Assembly: GCA_036275695.1 (NCBI GenBank)
Contig: DASUDI010000021.1
Span: forward strand, 5,311-69,310
Origin: Minisyncoccota bacterium
GTDB lineage: Bacteria; Patescibacteriota; Minisyncoccia; Phycocordibacterales; UBA918
Reading direction: 5' to 3'
DNA length: 64,000 bases
Part shown: positions 8,844 through 17,974 of the stretch, piece by piece
Position numbering within the stretch: the stretch's first letter is position 1
Layout: each line of letters opens with the position of its first letter
Notes under the pieces: model-generated
Told to the model about the DNA's origin: nothing
What the model saw: only the letters and a program-made list of their open reading frames with translations
Databases searched by the model: none
Program-made: the position numbers and the translations under genes

Positions 8844-10199
8844 TTATTTTGTAGGAATATTCGTGCCGATAAATGAGCCAATGGTGAGCACATCTTCTGC
8901 GAAGAGTGTTTGAATCCTTGTGAGAATTTCCTTTGCGGTAATGTGTCTGAGTATATCTTCTGTTTCGTAAAAATGTTCCCACGCATCCGCACTCATATAT
9001 TCAACTAATTCTTGCGCGATACCAAGACTGCTCGAGCGAGTGATGTATTCAGCGGTAATACTGCGCGCGATAACTTTTTTGAGGTGTGGCTGTATATCAG
9101 CAATGGTGAGAGTATCCAGAATTTTTCGTATTTTCGCGTAAATTTTTTTGTGATTAGTTTTCTTAGTGAGATGCACGGTAAGCATGCCAACATTCGTATC
9201 ATATGTTGGTTCGAGCATGGTAGAGACTGCTGAGGCAAGTCCTGTATCGACAAGTTTCTTGTGTAAAATACTATCCTCTTCTCCCGCAAGAATGGTCAGC
9301 GCAGTCATAGTTTCAAACCAAGATATGTGGGGAAAGCCGTCGTGTCGAAACGCAAGAGAAAGTATATTCTTTGTAGAATTTCGTTTAATGCTCACGGTAC
9401 GCACACCTTCTTGTTTTGGCTCGTGAATTGAAAGTCTTGATATTGTTTTTGTTGAGGAAGTAAGATGGGCAAAGTGCTCAATGACCACGTGCTTCATAGT
9501 CGATTCAGAAACATCTCCAACAATGATGAGGGTGGCGTTATTGGGGACATAGTATGTATTGTAGAATTGCGTTAACTTTTCACAGGTATACGATTCTATA
9601 TCTTCACGATAACCAATAGTTTCATGTCCATACGGGTGCGTGTGGAGTGCGGTACCAACTATACCCACTGAAAGAGCAAAATCTTCATCACCCGCGTACA
9701 TATCATATTCGCTGAGTACATTTGCTCGCTCTGGAAGAAATTCAGCGTCTGTGAGCACCATGTCTCGCATGCGCTCTGCTTCAATACGAAGCGCTCGACT
9801 AAAATGGTGTTTTGGATATGAAAAATAGTAACAGGTACGATCCTTCCATGTATTTGCGTTAAGTGTGATTCCTGTTTCTCGCTCAAATTGCATTGCGCTC
9901 GAATCTATCCCCGCGTCAATGTCGTGTTTTGTGGGTTTAAAGAGCATATGTTCGAGCATGTGTGCGATTCCGGTTTCACCACGATTTTCATCACGTGAGC
10001 CGACTTTATACATAATATTTGAGGTAATGATACCTGTTTTTGGCATATGCAGAAAAAGTACTTGCAAGCCATTGGTGCTCAATGTGTATAACGAGAGTGA
10101 GCCAACACTTTTTTGTAATGACAATACTGGTTTTTTAGTACGTTTCGGATTGTTCTTTGATGTCATGAATGAAGTTTTTATATTCTGCAAATACAGCAT
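8844..10199 (-). CDS. M16 family zinc metallopeptidase (pitrilysin/insulinase-like, active subunit)
   Basis: 451 aa with the inverted zincin motif GIAHMLEHMLFKPT (HxxEH) and the downstream E of the M16 family (…RETGITLNANT…). Confidence 0.8.
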   Translation of the reverse strand: MLYLQNIKTSFMTSKNNPKRTKKPVLSLQKSVGSLSLYTLSTNGLQVLFLHMPKTGIITSNIMYKVGSRDENRGETGIAHMLEHMLFKPTKHDIDAGIDSSAMQFERETGITLNANTWKDRTCYYFSYPKHHFSRALRIEAERMRDMVLTDAEFLPERANVLSEYDMYAGDEDFALSVGIVGTALHTHPYGHETIGYREDIESYTCEKLTQFYNTYYVPNNATLIIVGDVSESTMKHVVIEHFAHLTSSTKTISRLSIHEPKQEGVRTVSIKRNSTKNILSLAFRHDGFPHISWFETMTALTILAGEEDSILHKKLVDTGLASAVSTMLEPTYDTNVGMLTVHLTKKTNHKKIYAKIRKILDTLTIADIQPHLKKVIARSITAEYITRSSSLGIAQELVEYMSADAWEHFYETEDILRHITAKEILTRIQTLFAEDVLTIGSFIGTNIPTK

Positions 10200-10731
10200 T
10201 AAATTCTGAAAGTATGGGATTTCTCAATCTTCGATTGAGTGCGTTACTTAATTCTTGGTAATAATGAATGCGCTCATCGTGTTGGGTCCCGTACTCTGAT
10301 ATAAACCCAGTGTAGTCATTGATGTACTCTTCAATAATTGAGCGCATAGTATGAATCTTCCCTGCCGCAAGAACCATGAGTGCTTCGTCGGGAGCGATTT
10401 TTAATTGTTTAAAAAATTCCTTGCGCTGCTCATTGCGTCCACGAGTATCATCAGAGGTAAGTGGTGGTTCGGTTATGCTCTCAACGATATGCGTAACAGT
10501 TGGTCCAAAATCATCAGTCATTTCCTCACGTGAGTAATCAGTGTTATGCAATGTTTCGTGCAACAAGGCAGAAACAATTGTGTGCTCATCCTCCGTATAG
10601 TCAGCAATAATCATTGCAGTTGCAAATAGATGCGTGATATATGGATAAGGGACTGAACCCTTGCGCACCTGCCCCGCGTGGAGTACTGATGCAGCCCGAA
10701 TGGCTTGTTCTACTGGGAAAGTGTACCGCAT
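10135..10731 (-). CDS. HD-domain metal-dependent phosphohydrolase
   Basis: H…HD motif (YITHLFATAMIIADYTEDEHTIVSALLHETLHNTDY). The start is taken at MRYTFPVEQ; the ORF-track start at 10815 would overlap the neighbouring gene. Confidence 0.6.
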   Translation of the reverse strand: MRYTFPVEQAIRAASVLHAGQVRKGSVPYPYITHLFATAMIIADYTEDEHTIVSALLHETLHNTDYSREEMTDDFGPTVTHIVESITEPPLTSDDTRGRNEQRKEFFKQLKIAPDEALMVLAAGKIHTMRSIIEEYINDYTGFISEYGTQHDERIHYYQELSNALNRRLRNPILSEFNAVFAEYKNFIHDIKEQSETY

Positions 10732-10732
10732 A

Positions 10733-11017
10733 CTATGTGAGTGTTTTGAAATTTGTCTTTCGCTCTCTTTCAAGGATTCGTTTTTTAACAACTGATCCGC
10801 CCCTATTATACCCACCTAGGGTACCATTTGCACGTATAACACGATGGCATGGGATATTTGGGTTAAAATTCGCGCTCATGATGCGTGCAACCGCACGCGC
10901 CGCGTGAGGATTGCCTGCCAAAATAGAGACCTCTTTATAACTCTTTGTGTGACCTGCGGGGATTGAGGCAACGATTTCGAGCACGTGTGATTTAAAATCA
11001 TTTTTTGCGTTGCGCAT
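10733..11017 (-). CDS. methylated-DNA--protein-cysteine methyltransferase DNA-binding domain protein (Ogt/MGMT family, small)
   Basis: …IPAGHTKSYKEVSILAGNPHAARAVARIMSANFNPNIPCHRVIRANGTLGGY… carries the PCHRV active-site signature of the MGMT C-terminal domain. Start chosen at MRNAKNDF. Confidence 0.65.
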   Translation of the reverse strand: MRNAKNDFKSHVLEIVASIPAGHTKSYKEVSILAGNPHAARAVARIMSANFNPNIPCHRVIRANGTLGGYNRGGSVVKKRILERERKTNFKTLT

Positions 11018-11783
11018 ATATTTTCTGTAACTTTTTACCAGCTGCTTCACGATAGGGACAGAACTCACAGGATTCACCCACTTTAGGAAATATATCACAT
11101 TCAAGGCATGATTTAATATCGCTCAGGGTTTGTTCAATCCATAGATAGTCACCTTCACAGGGGACAAGTGTAGTCTTGAAGTGGAGGGTGTCATCAAATG
11201 AATCATAGTCAGTCCGCGCGTTTGCGTATACAAAATACCCTGTTTTTTCGACATCAAATCCATTTTTCATGAGAAGCCATTGGTACACACCAATCTGCCT
11301 CCTATACTGCTCCTCCCATGATGAATCAGCAAGTGTCTCGATGGATCCCTCCTTTGATGTTGCTTTATAATCAACCACAATGAGTTTGCCCGTGTCATTG
11401 ACCCAAATATCATCAACAGCTCCTGATACTGTGAACCCTGTATTGTCGTGCTTGTGCTCAAGTCCCAAAAAATTATCTCTCCATACCGGTAATTCGGGAT
11501 GTGCAAATGGTCTCGCATGTACACCATATGCTTGCATGATGGGATGTTGTGTCTCGTTTTTACGATGCACATCAAACTCTTTTTTAAACAATTCATCAAC
11601 GGCAACATTTAGGGTAAATGCAGGTCCTCGCGGTCGAGCGGTACCGAGTTTGTTGTCAAGGTAAAAACATCTCGGACATTCAATGTACAAATCTATTTTT
11701 GATCGAGAAAGGCGCCACTTCGGCCCCCCATAATTCCAGTCACTATTTCTGTTTGGATTATATTTTTTAGTAAAAGTTGCCAT
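10998..11783 (-). CDS. Cas4-like/DUF83 PD-(D/E)xK nuclease with a predicted 4Fe-4S cluster (solo, no cas neighbourhood)
   Basis: 261 aa. There is an N-terminal Cys (IECPRCFY) and a RecB-type motif (…LIVVDYKATSK…, D-x-K in DYK). A C-terminal Cys triad is present (CLECD…CEFCPY). This is the Cas4/RecB-nuclease Fe-S arrangement. Confidence 0.55.
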   Translation of the reverse strand: MATFTKKYNPNRNSDWNYGGPKWRLSRSKIDLYIECPRCFYLDNKLGTARPRGPAFTLNVAVDELFKKEFDVHRKNETQHPIMQAYGVHARPFAHPELPVWRDNFLGLEHKHDNTGFTVSGAVDDIWVNDTGKLIVVDYKATSKEGSIETLADSSWEEQYRRQIGVYQWLLMKNGFDVEKTGYFVYANARTDYDSFDDTLHFKTTLVPCEGDYLWIEQTLSDIKSCLECDIFPKVGESCEFCPYREAAGKKLQKIYAQRKK

Positions 11784-11814
11784 TTGTAAATTATACCACG
11801 AAGATATGACTTAC

Positions 11815-11842
11815 AAAAAAATCTCCGTATGGAGATTTTTTT
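11815..11842. terminator. bidirectional rho-independent terminator (A7-ATCTCC-gtat-GGAGAT-T7)
   Basis: A perfect 6-bp GC-containing stem is flanked by an A-run on one side and a T-run on the other. It lies just downstream of the stop of the 11865..12392 (-) gene. Confidence 0.6.
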
Positions 11843-11864
11843 GTGCGCATGATACATCAAATAT

Positions 11865-12392
11865 TTACGTTGCGGAGAAGGTAGTTGCAATTCCTTCAAT
11901 TACCACATCATCGCTGAGGCTGAAAGTCATATCGCCACCATTGGTGAAGAATACAACCTGGTAGCGTGAACCTGCGGTAGTTCCACGAATAAGTTCAATT
12001 GTTGTGGGTGTAAGCCCTGTTGTTGTGTCGAAACGAGCGGCTCCGAGGATATTACCTGCGGTGTCGTCATTAAACTCACGAACAACTACCCAACCCTTTT
12101 CTGTTGGAAGTGAAAGTGATTTAAGCGTAATTACACTACCTGCTGGTTGGTCATCGACAATTACTGAGCCCTCACCGACTTTAACGTTGGTATCACTTTT
12201 TACTGTGTCAGATTTCGCTTCTGGTTCCTGTGTACTCTTCACCTCTTCCGCTGACTGATCATCGCTATTTTCAGGCGCAGTCACATTTTCAGGTGATGAT
12301 GAAAAGACCCATACAAGTAATCCTCCAATGAGAAGACCTGATACAAACGCAACAACTGTCTTTTGACTCTCCTGCTTCTCTACCTCTGTCAT
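11865..12392 (-). CDS. hypothetical membrane-anchored secreted protein
   Basis: 175 aa. N-terminal TM/signal anchor (VVAFVSGLLIGGLLVWVFSS), then an acidic linker and a T/G-rich domain. Confidence 0.5.
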   Translation of the reverse strand: MTEVEKQESQKTVVAFVSGLLIGGLLVWVFSSSPENVTAPENSDDQSAEEVKSTQEPEAKSDTVKSDTNVKVGEGSVIVDDQPAGSVITLKSLSLPTEKGWVVVREFNDDTAGNILGAARFDTTTGLTPTTIELIRGTTAGSRYQVVFFTNGGDMTFSLSDDVVIEGIATTFSAT

Positions 12393-12509
12393 ATGTATGA
12401 AATACTTACCTTATGTGCTTCTTATAACATTTTGATTATATCACGCTAAAATATCCTTAAAATACAGGAACTACATTCGACGAGATATGCGGTTTTGTGT
12501 CAAAAACTA

Positions 12510-13337
12510 TTATTTTGAGCCACAAAGTGCTGATGCTTCACGGAGTACAGCATCAAACTTGGCATTTGACAAATGGAGTGTATGGAGCAGATGTGGTTTC
12601 CGCACAATGTCAGCACAGAGGATGGTCCCCTGTTTCAAAAGTGTTTGTTTTTGGTTATTAGAAATGTGCGTCAAGACCGTAATGGGATATAATCCGCTAC
12701 GTTCAATTTTATCTCTGAGCGAGTTATGTTTAGGGTAATTCCAACTGAGTAGATTGATGCCGGCACACTCAGCATATTTTGTCGCCGCGAGCGTAAACTT
12801 TGTATTGGTGACAACATACAATGAGACAATGCCACACACATCATCCTTACACACTTGCAAGGATTGTAGATCAAGAAAACGAGCGTATGAATACATTGCC
12901 ACTTGAAGATCTGATTTTATGCCCGGTTGCGCGTGATATTTTGCTTCAGCAACGAAACTGTGCTCAGGAGAGTATCCTGCGACGTCAATTTCATGCACCG
13001 CACACTTCCCTTTTATCATGAGTCGCTGTTTCGTCTTGTATCCCTCGGATTGAAATACACGACCAAGATAGTCTTCAAAAGCAAATCCACTTGGTCCCAG
13101 CGCAAAAATTGCACGTCTCATTGAGTATTTGGCCGCAACGGGATCCTCGCTATTTCGTAATAATTCAAATGCCCTTCGATAAATGTGCTGCGTGGTCATA
13201 CCCTCCGTTAATTCAGATTCAATGGTATGAACAATATTTTGAACCTCGCTCTGACTCGCACCCGCACCACGAAGTGAAGAGATTAGTTTTTGTGGTCTAA
13301 AATCTTCAGTATTTCCATCTGCTTTGATTATTTTCAT
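12510..13337 (-). CDS. ATP-cone domain fused to an Mrr-like restriction-endonuclease (PD-(D/E)xK) domain
   Basis: The N-terminus MKIIKADGNTEDFRPQKLISSLRGAGAS… is NrdR-type ATP-cone-like. The downstream part carries …FEDYLGRVFQSEGYKTKQ…VHEIDVAGYSPEHSFVAEAKYH… (E…D…EAK, Mrr_cat-like). Start placed at the internal Met (13337). Confidence 0.55.
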   Translation of the reverse strand: MKIIKADGNTEDFRPQKLISSLRGAGASQSEVQNIVHTIESELTEGMTTQHIYRRAFELLRNSEDPVAAKYSMRRAIFALGPSGFAFEDYLGRVFQSEGYKTKQRLMIKGKCAVHEIDVAGYSPEHSFVAEAKYHAQPGIKSDLQVAMYSYARFLDLQSLQVCKDDVCGIVSLYVVTNTKFTLAATKYAECAGINLLSWNYPKHNSLRDKIERSGLYPITVLTHISNNQKQTLLKQGTILCADIVRKPHLLHTLHLSNAKFDAVLREASALCGSK

Positions 13338-13369
13338 GTTCACACAGTATAGCACGCACAAAGTGGAGG

Positions 13370-14455
13370 TCACATATTCTCAGTTTCAATACTGTCAATT
13401 ATGCCACCACCAATACATTGCGTTTCTTTGTACCAGACACAGGACTGTCCTAGTGAAGGAAGTTCGACATGGTTGTTGGGTAATGTAACCCGAGCGGTGG
13501 TCTCTCCTGTGCGTGTGAGCGTGATAGGAAAAGGCTTTTGTCGGTATCGAAATTGAGCGGTGTATGAATTGGTATCAAGCTCACTAATAAAGTTACATTC
13601 AGTAAGTAGTACTACGGCGCCGTCGCGGAGATGTACCGGCGCAGTTCCTGCGGTAATGGTATTACGTTCTATGTCACGTGAAATGACATAGTGTGCACTT
13701 TCTGAGGCGCTCTGCGCGTGAATCCTAAAACCTTGTCGCTGCCCGAGTGTGTAAAAAAGCGCCCCATCGTGCGTACCTATAACATTTCCCTTTTCATCAA
13801 CCACATCACCAGGTTGCACGTCAATGTAGTGTGAGAGAAAGTCTTTCATATCTATTTCACCCAGAAAGCAAACACCCTGACTGTCTCCCTTTTTGTGAGT
13901 TGCAAGACCTACGTGTTCAGCTTCACTGCGTACATGTTGCTTTACCGTATCACCGACCGGAAAGATCGTACGCTCAAGTTGTCCTTGCGTGAGTGTCCAA
14001 AGAAAATACGACTGATCTTTGTCTGTGTCTACACCACGGTGTAACTGAAAGGCACCCCCGTGTTCGATTACCCGCGCGTAGTGCCCTGTTGCAATTTTTG
14101 TAGCACCATATGAAGACGCAAAATCAAGAAACGTACCGAATTTCACATACTTGTTACACATAACGTCAGGATTAGGTGTCCTACCTTTGCGGTACTCATC
14201 AATCATATACATCGCAACAGCATCGCGATAATTTTCCACGGCGTCACAGGTATAAAATGGAATACCCAGGTGGGCGGCTACACGCATAGCGTCAAGTCGT
14301 TCTGCTTGCCAGGTACAACGAATAAAATCAGGTTGCCACGTCTTTATGAACACACCAATGACATTGTATCCAGCATTGAGAAGTCTTTGTGCTGCCACAC
14401 TTGAATCAACTCCCCCTGAAAGTCCGACACACACCGTATCTTTTGCATTGCTCAT
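13370..14455 (-). CDS. mnmA: tRNA-specific 2-thiouridylase
   Basis: 361 aa. PP-loop VCVGLSGGVDSSVAA, then …QSYFLW…, and the C-terminal MnmA domains. Confidence 0.9.
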   Translation of the reverse strand: MSNAKDTVCVGLSGGVDSSVAAQRLLNAGYNVIGVFIKTWQPDFIRCTWQAERLDAMRVAAHLGIPFYTCDAVENYRDAVAMYMIDEYRKGRTPNPDVMCNKYVKFGTFLDFASSYGATKIATGHYARVIEHGGAFQLHRGVDTDKDQSYFLWTLTQGQLERTIFPVGDTVKQHVRSEAEHVGLATHKKGDSQGVCFLGEIDMKDFLSHYIDVQPGDVVDEKGNVIGTHDGALFYTLGQRQGFRIHAQSASESAHYVISRDIERNTITAGTAPVHLRDGAVVLLTECNFISELDTNSYTAQFRYRQKPFPITLTRTGETTARVTLPNNHVELPSLGQSCVWYKETQCIGGGIIDSIETENM

Positions 14456-14481
14456 GCGCGCATCATAAATGATAAAAAGCC

Positions 14482-15471
14482 TTACTTCAAGTATAATTTT
14501 TTATTACGCACATGTTCTTCAAATGTCTTTGCGTAATAAAAATACCCATCGTCTCCCGTGAGGTAGAAGTAATCATCACTTTTTATGGGATTGAGTGTGG
14601 CGTCAATTGCCATGATACCAGGATTTGCAATGGGTGTGGGTGGAAGTCCTTTGTATAGGTACGTATTGTACGGTGAATCGACCGCAAGATCATCGATGGT
14701 AAGTTCCGCACTTGTCTTTTTGAGAAAGTAGGTAAGTGTCGCGTCAACTTGTAGTGGCATGTTTGCGTTGAGGCGGTTGTGGAGTATTCCCGAGACCCTA
14801 CGCATAGACGTCTCATCATTTGCTTCTCGTTCGAGAATTGACGCAAAGGTGAGCACCTCGTGTGTCGTGAGTCCTGATGATGCGATTTGTTCACGTAGTG
14901 GGATAAGTGCCTCATGCATGGTATCAGTGAGTATTTTCAAGATATCTGTAACGCTCATAGTGTTCGCAATGTAGTATGTGTCTGGAAAGAGATATCCTTC
15001 ATACTCTGCGTGGTCGATTGTATCGAAAGTTCCATGATAGCCTTCTGGAAAATACTTTTGAATGTCTTGCACGCTGAAACCCTCCGGGAGTGTGAGTATG
15101 AGGCTTGGTGTGTAGTACTCGCCCGCTATAAGCGCCCGCGCGACACGATATGATGAAATTGGATGCGTAAAAATATAATTTCCTGCTTGAACATGAATAT
15201 CACGCGCATGTAATCGGAGTTGGAATCTGAGAAGTAGCGGTGAGCGTATAATTTTTTTCTCGGCAAGAATATGAGCAACCTCCCGTTGTGACGCGCCCTC
15301 AGGAATTTCTATGGAAATGTGCGTGGGGAACTCCCGAGGTGATGTATTAGTGCTCCTAAGTATAAGCAAGCATACCGTTATAATGAGTACAAAAAAAAGA
15401 ACACCCGCGAAAATTTTTTTACGTGAGGGAATTTTATGATGCTGTTGCAAAAAATCAGTATGTAACTCCAT
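14482..15471 (-). CDS. mltG: endolytic murein transglycosylase (YceG family)
   Basis: 329 aa. N-terminal TM, then the YceG-like domain (…LLLRFQLRLHARDIHVQAGNYIF…, …YNTYLYKGLPPTPIANPG…). Confidence 0.8.
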   Translation of the reverse strand: MELHTDFLQQHHKIPSRKKIFAGVLFFVLIITVCLLILRSTNTSPREFPTHISIEIPEGASQREVAHILAEKKIIRSPLLLRFQLRLHARDIHVQAGNYIFTHPISSYRVARALIAGEYYTPSLILTLPEGFSVQDIQKYFPEGYHGTFDTIDHAEYEGYLFPDTYYIANTMSVTDILKILTDTMHEALIPLREQIASSGLTTHEVLTFASILEREANDETSMRRVSGILHNRLNANMPLQVDATLTYFLKKTSAELTIDDLAVDSPYNTYLYKGLPPTPIANPGIMAIDATLNPIKSDDYFYLTGDDGYFYYAKTFEEHVRNKKLYLK

Positions 15472-15473
15472 AG

Positions 15474-16793
15474 TTAGCCAACGGGAAGATTTGAGGGTGC
15501 TTCTGATCGTTTTGAAGGAATGCGATTAAGTGTTGGTGTGGTGACTACCTTTCCAGGAAAATGAAAGATGGTTGCAAGCTCTTCGGTAGTAAGTACTTTT
15601 TTGGTGTCTGCTCCACTATAATTTTCGTACGCTCGTCGTTTGTGTCGATCGAGTTCTTCCTCCTTCCATTTTAAGGAATTTCGCTCACCTCTATCTTGCC
15701 ACCACTTCCAATCAACGCCTGAGCGCCACCGCACCCCAATGGCATTACGGTTGAGGTCATCGTATGTGCGCCACATGGTATTCATCGCGCCAATTCTCTC
15801 TCCAGGTTGAAAGTTTTCTTTTTGAGCGAGATAAATACCGCGAATCGCTGTATTGAAAGCTGGCTTCGCAAGACTCCGCTCTATTGCTTTTACGGTGTCA
15901 CGTTCTGTGTCGGTGAGTAACTGCATTGCATTTCCCTTTGTCTCCGCGCCAGCACGCTTGACTGCGTTTTCGATAATTTTTTTAATTTCATCACGCGCGG
16001 GCCCGGTCCAATCAGATGTTTTATGGAGCGATCCTTCTTTAAACGTCATGGCACGATTTGCGTCAATGAGTATCTGAATCCACATGTACTCGCCCTGACC
16101 TATTGATCCAAGGGTCTCAAGGACTGTGGCAATTGGATCAACCTTCTCTTCCTCCTTCGGCATATCCTTGAGTCCGTAATCAATGTATGTCTTGATAGGA
16201 TACGCGTCCGCTTTTTTAAGACCATAATGAAATACCATCATAGAGTATTTTTTAGGATTCCACGGTATCTCTGCGGTATAATCAATATCGAGCTCGTATA
16301 CCTCTATACCAGGATATTGTGCATATAGTTGTGTCTCGATAAGATTTTTAAATTTCTTTTTTGGTGTATTAATATAAAATGAAACTTCACCATGACGCGA
16401 GACTATTTCCAGACCATACGTTGGAGGTTTTTTTCCATCAATATACGTTTCTATATGATTATCAGGACCTGCAGTCTGATGCATTTGAACGAGCACAAGT
16501 TCCATCGCTTCTGGTGATTTAAGAATTTCTTGTGGTAGTCGAATTTCAAGAGTGGTGCGACCTTGCGCCCAGTCAAATTCTTTTCGTACGTAATCAAGCC
16601 ATGCCTCAAAAAAAAGAAAAAAAAGTGTAAAAGGGAGCCATACAGGGGCGGTGGCGACAATAAATCCGAGTGACTCAGTGGGGACATCAATAAAATTTAC
16701 AAATACAAATACCATTAGGAGAATACCAAAAAGCGCAAGTATGTATTTACTGTCTATGCCAAACCCCTCAAAAAATTTTAGAAATGCGTCCAT
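15474..16793 (-). CDS. hypothetical membrane protein (two N-terminal TM helices plus a large soluble domain)
   Basis: 439 aa. No recognisable family. The C-terminal part is Trp/Arg-rich (…RWRSGVDWKWWQDRGERNSLKWKEEELDRHKRR…). Confidence 0.5.
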   Translation of the reverse strand: MDAFLKFFEGFGIDSKYILALFGILLMVFVFVNFIDVPTESLGFIVATAPVWLPFTLFFLFFEAWLDYVRKEFDWAQGRTTLEIRLPQEILKSPEAMELVLVQMHQTAGPDNHIETYIDGKKPPTYGLEIVSRHGEVSFYINTPKKKFKNLIETQLYAQYPGIEVYELDIDYTAEIPWNPKKYSMMVFHYGLKKADAYPIKTYIDYGLKDMPKEEEKVDPIATVLETLGSIGQGEYMWIQILIDANRAMTFKEGSLHKTSDWTGPARDEIKKIIENAVKRAGAETKGNAMQLLTDTERDTVKAIERSLAKPAFNTAIRGIYLAQKENFQPGERIGAMNTMWRTYDDLNRNAIGVRWRSGVDWKWWQDRGERNSLKWKEEELDRHKRRAYENYSGADTKKVLTTEELATIFHFPGKVVTTPTLNRIPSKRSEAPSNLPVG

Positions 16794-16807
16794 GTCTTTA
16801 TTTTACT

Positions 16808-16849
16808 AGAAACCCCCAGAAAAACCGAAGGTTTTTCTGGGGGTTTCTC
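16808..16849. repeat. perfect 19-bp inverted repeat (AGAAACCCCCAGAAAAACC-gaag-GGTTTTTCTGGGGGTTTCT), a strong hairpin and possible intergenic terminator or attenuator
   Basis: Read directly from the sequence. It lies between the stop of 16864..17943 (-) and the start of 15474..16793 (-). Confidence 0.55.
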
Positions 16850-16863
16850 TGATATAGATGCAT

Positions 16864-17943
16864 CTACGCAACAAGGATGTAGTTACCATCTGGTAACCTC
16901 TTAAAGAGAGTTGTGTCTTGAAGGTTTACAATAATAGTGTTGTCCTTAACGTAACGTTCGCGGCGCACTTTATCAATAATCTCCTCACGTGTCAGTGGCC
17001 CATGAGTTTGGAGCACATCGCGAAGTACGTCTTTTACAACTCCCGCAGAGTACCCCCATTCTGTGAGCGCGTATAAACCTCTTCCCACAAGCACAAATCG
17101 CTCATCTTTGATGAGTTCATTATGAGTAGTAGCAACGTGTGCCTTTTTTTCAAAAAGTGATTTGATTGAGTCCGCAACTTCCTTAAAGTGCATGGGTGAA
17201 CCATGACGTTTTACCGCGAGATACGCATAGTCTCTGATACCTTTCGCACGTACATTAGGACTCGATGCGTGACCCCACTCACCAAGCGGATTTTTATCAA
17301 TTTGTTTAGAAATGCTGAGCCATCGCTTAAATATTGCTTCATCGCGATAGCACTCCTCAACCTCTCCAAGCTCGTGCTTCAATCGCGCAATAATCTCTTC
17401 TTCTGTTATGAGGTCATCTTCACTAAGTGAGTCAAAAATATTTTTGAGCGCTTTCTCTACGGTGCCAGAGAGCTTTTGTTCCAAGCACCATCGATAGTTA
17501 AACGAGCTGTCTTCCTTGATGCGACGAAATGGCTCACCAACCATAAGAATGAAAAAAAGATGATTTCGTAGTGAAGAATCTTTCGTAAGTTCGTCAAAAA
17601 GCGCTTTCTCATTTACTACGCCTCCAAGCTGTTGAATTGCGTCCTTGAGTTCCTCAAACGTATGAGTAAACTCGCGGTATACCGATGACTTCTGAATAGA
17701 CTGAATACCGTAATTTTCGATCTGACGCACTCGCTCACGGGTGATGCCATATATCTTTCCAATTGCTTCAAGTGTTTGTGATTCAGAGTTGGCGCCAAGT
17801 CCGTACCTCTTTTCGAGAACATCTCGCGCTCTGTCGGGAAGAACAGAAAGAAGTTTCTTCGTCACCTGTTTTGGTTTGAATGTGATCATAAATTCTTTCA
17901 TCAAAATATCCATCTTTTTATCACAGTATTTTTCTGTCGTCAA
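16864..17943 (-). CDS. sigma-70 region 4 (HTH) domain-containing protein, not a full sigma factor
   Basis: 359 aa. Near the N-terminus …LEAIGKIYGITRERVRQIENYGIQSI… is the sigma-70 r4 HTH signature. The rest of the protein is unassigned. Confidence 0.55.
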   Translation of the reverse strand: MTTEKYCDKKMDILMKEFMITFKPKQVTKKLLSVLPDRARDVLEKRYGLGANSESQTLEAIGKIYGITRERVRQIENYGIQSIQKSSVYREFTHTFEELKDAIQQLGGVVNEKALFDELTKDSSLRNHLFFILMVGEPFRRIKEDSSFNYRWCLEQKLSGTVEKALKNIFDSLSEDDLITEEEIIARLKHELGEVEECYRDEAIFKRWLSISKQIDKNPLGEWGHASSPNVRAKGIRDYAYLAVKRHGSPMHFKEVADSIKSLFEKKAHVATTHNELIKDERFVLVGRGLYALTEWGYSAGVVKDVLRDVLQTHGPLTREEIIDKVRRERYVKDNTIIVNLQDTTLFKRLPDGNYILVA

Positions 17944-17974
17944 GTTTTTAATAACTCAGTCAGATTGTACCAGT

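Noticed and set aside
10998-11783. A CRISPR-Cas locus implied by the Cas4-like gene.
   Set aside because: No direct-repeat/spacer array or other cas genes are visible anywhere in the window. It is treated as a solo Cas4-like nuclease.
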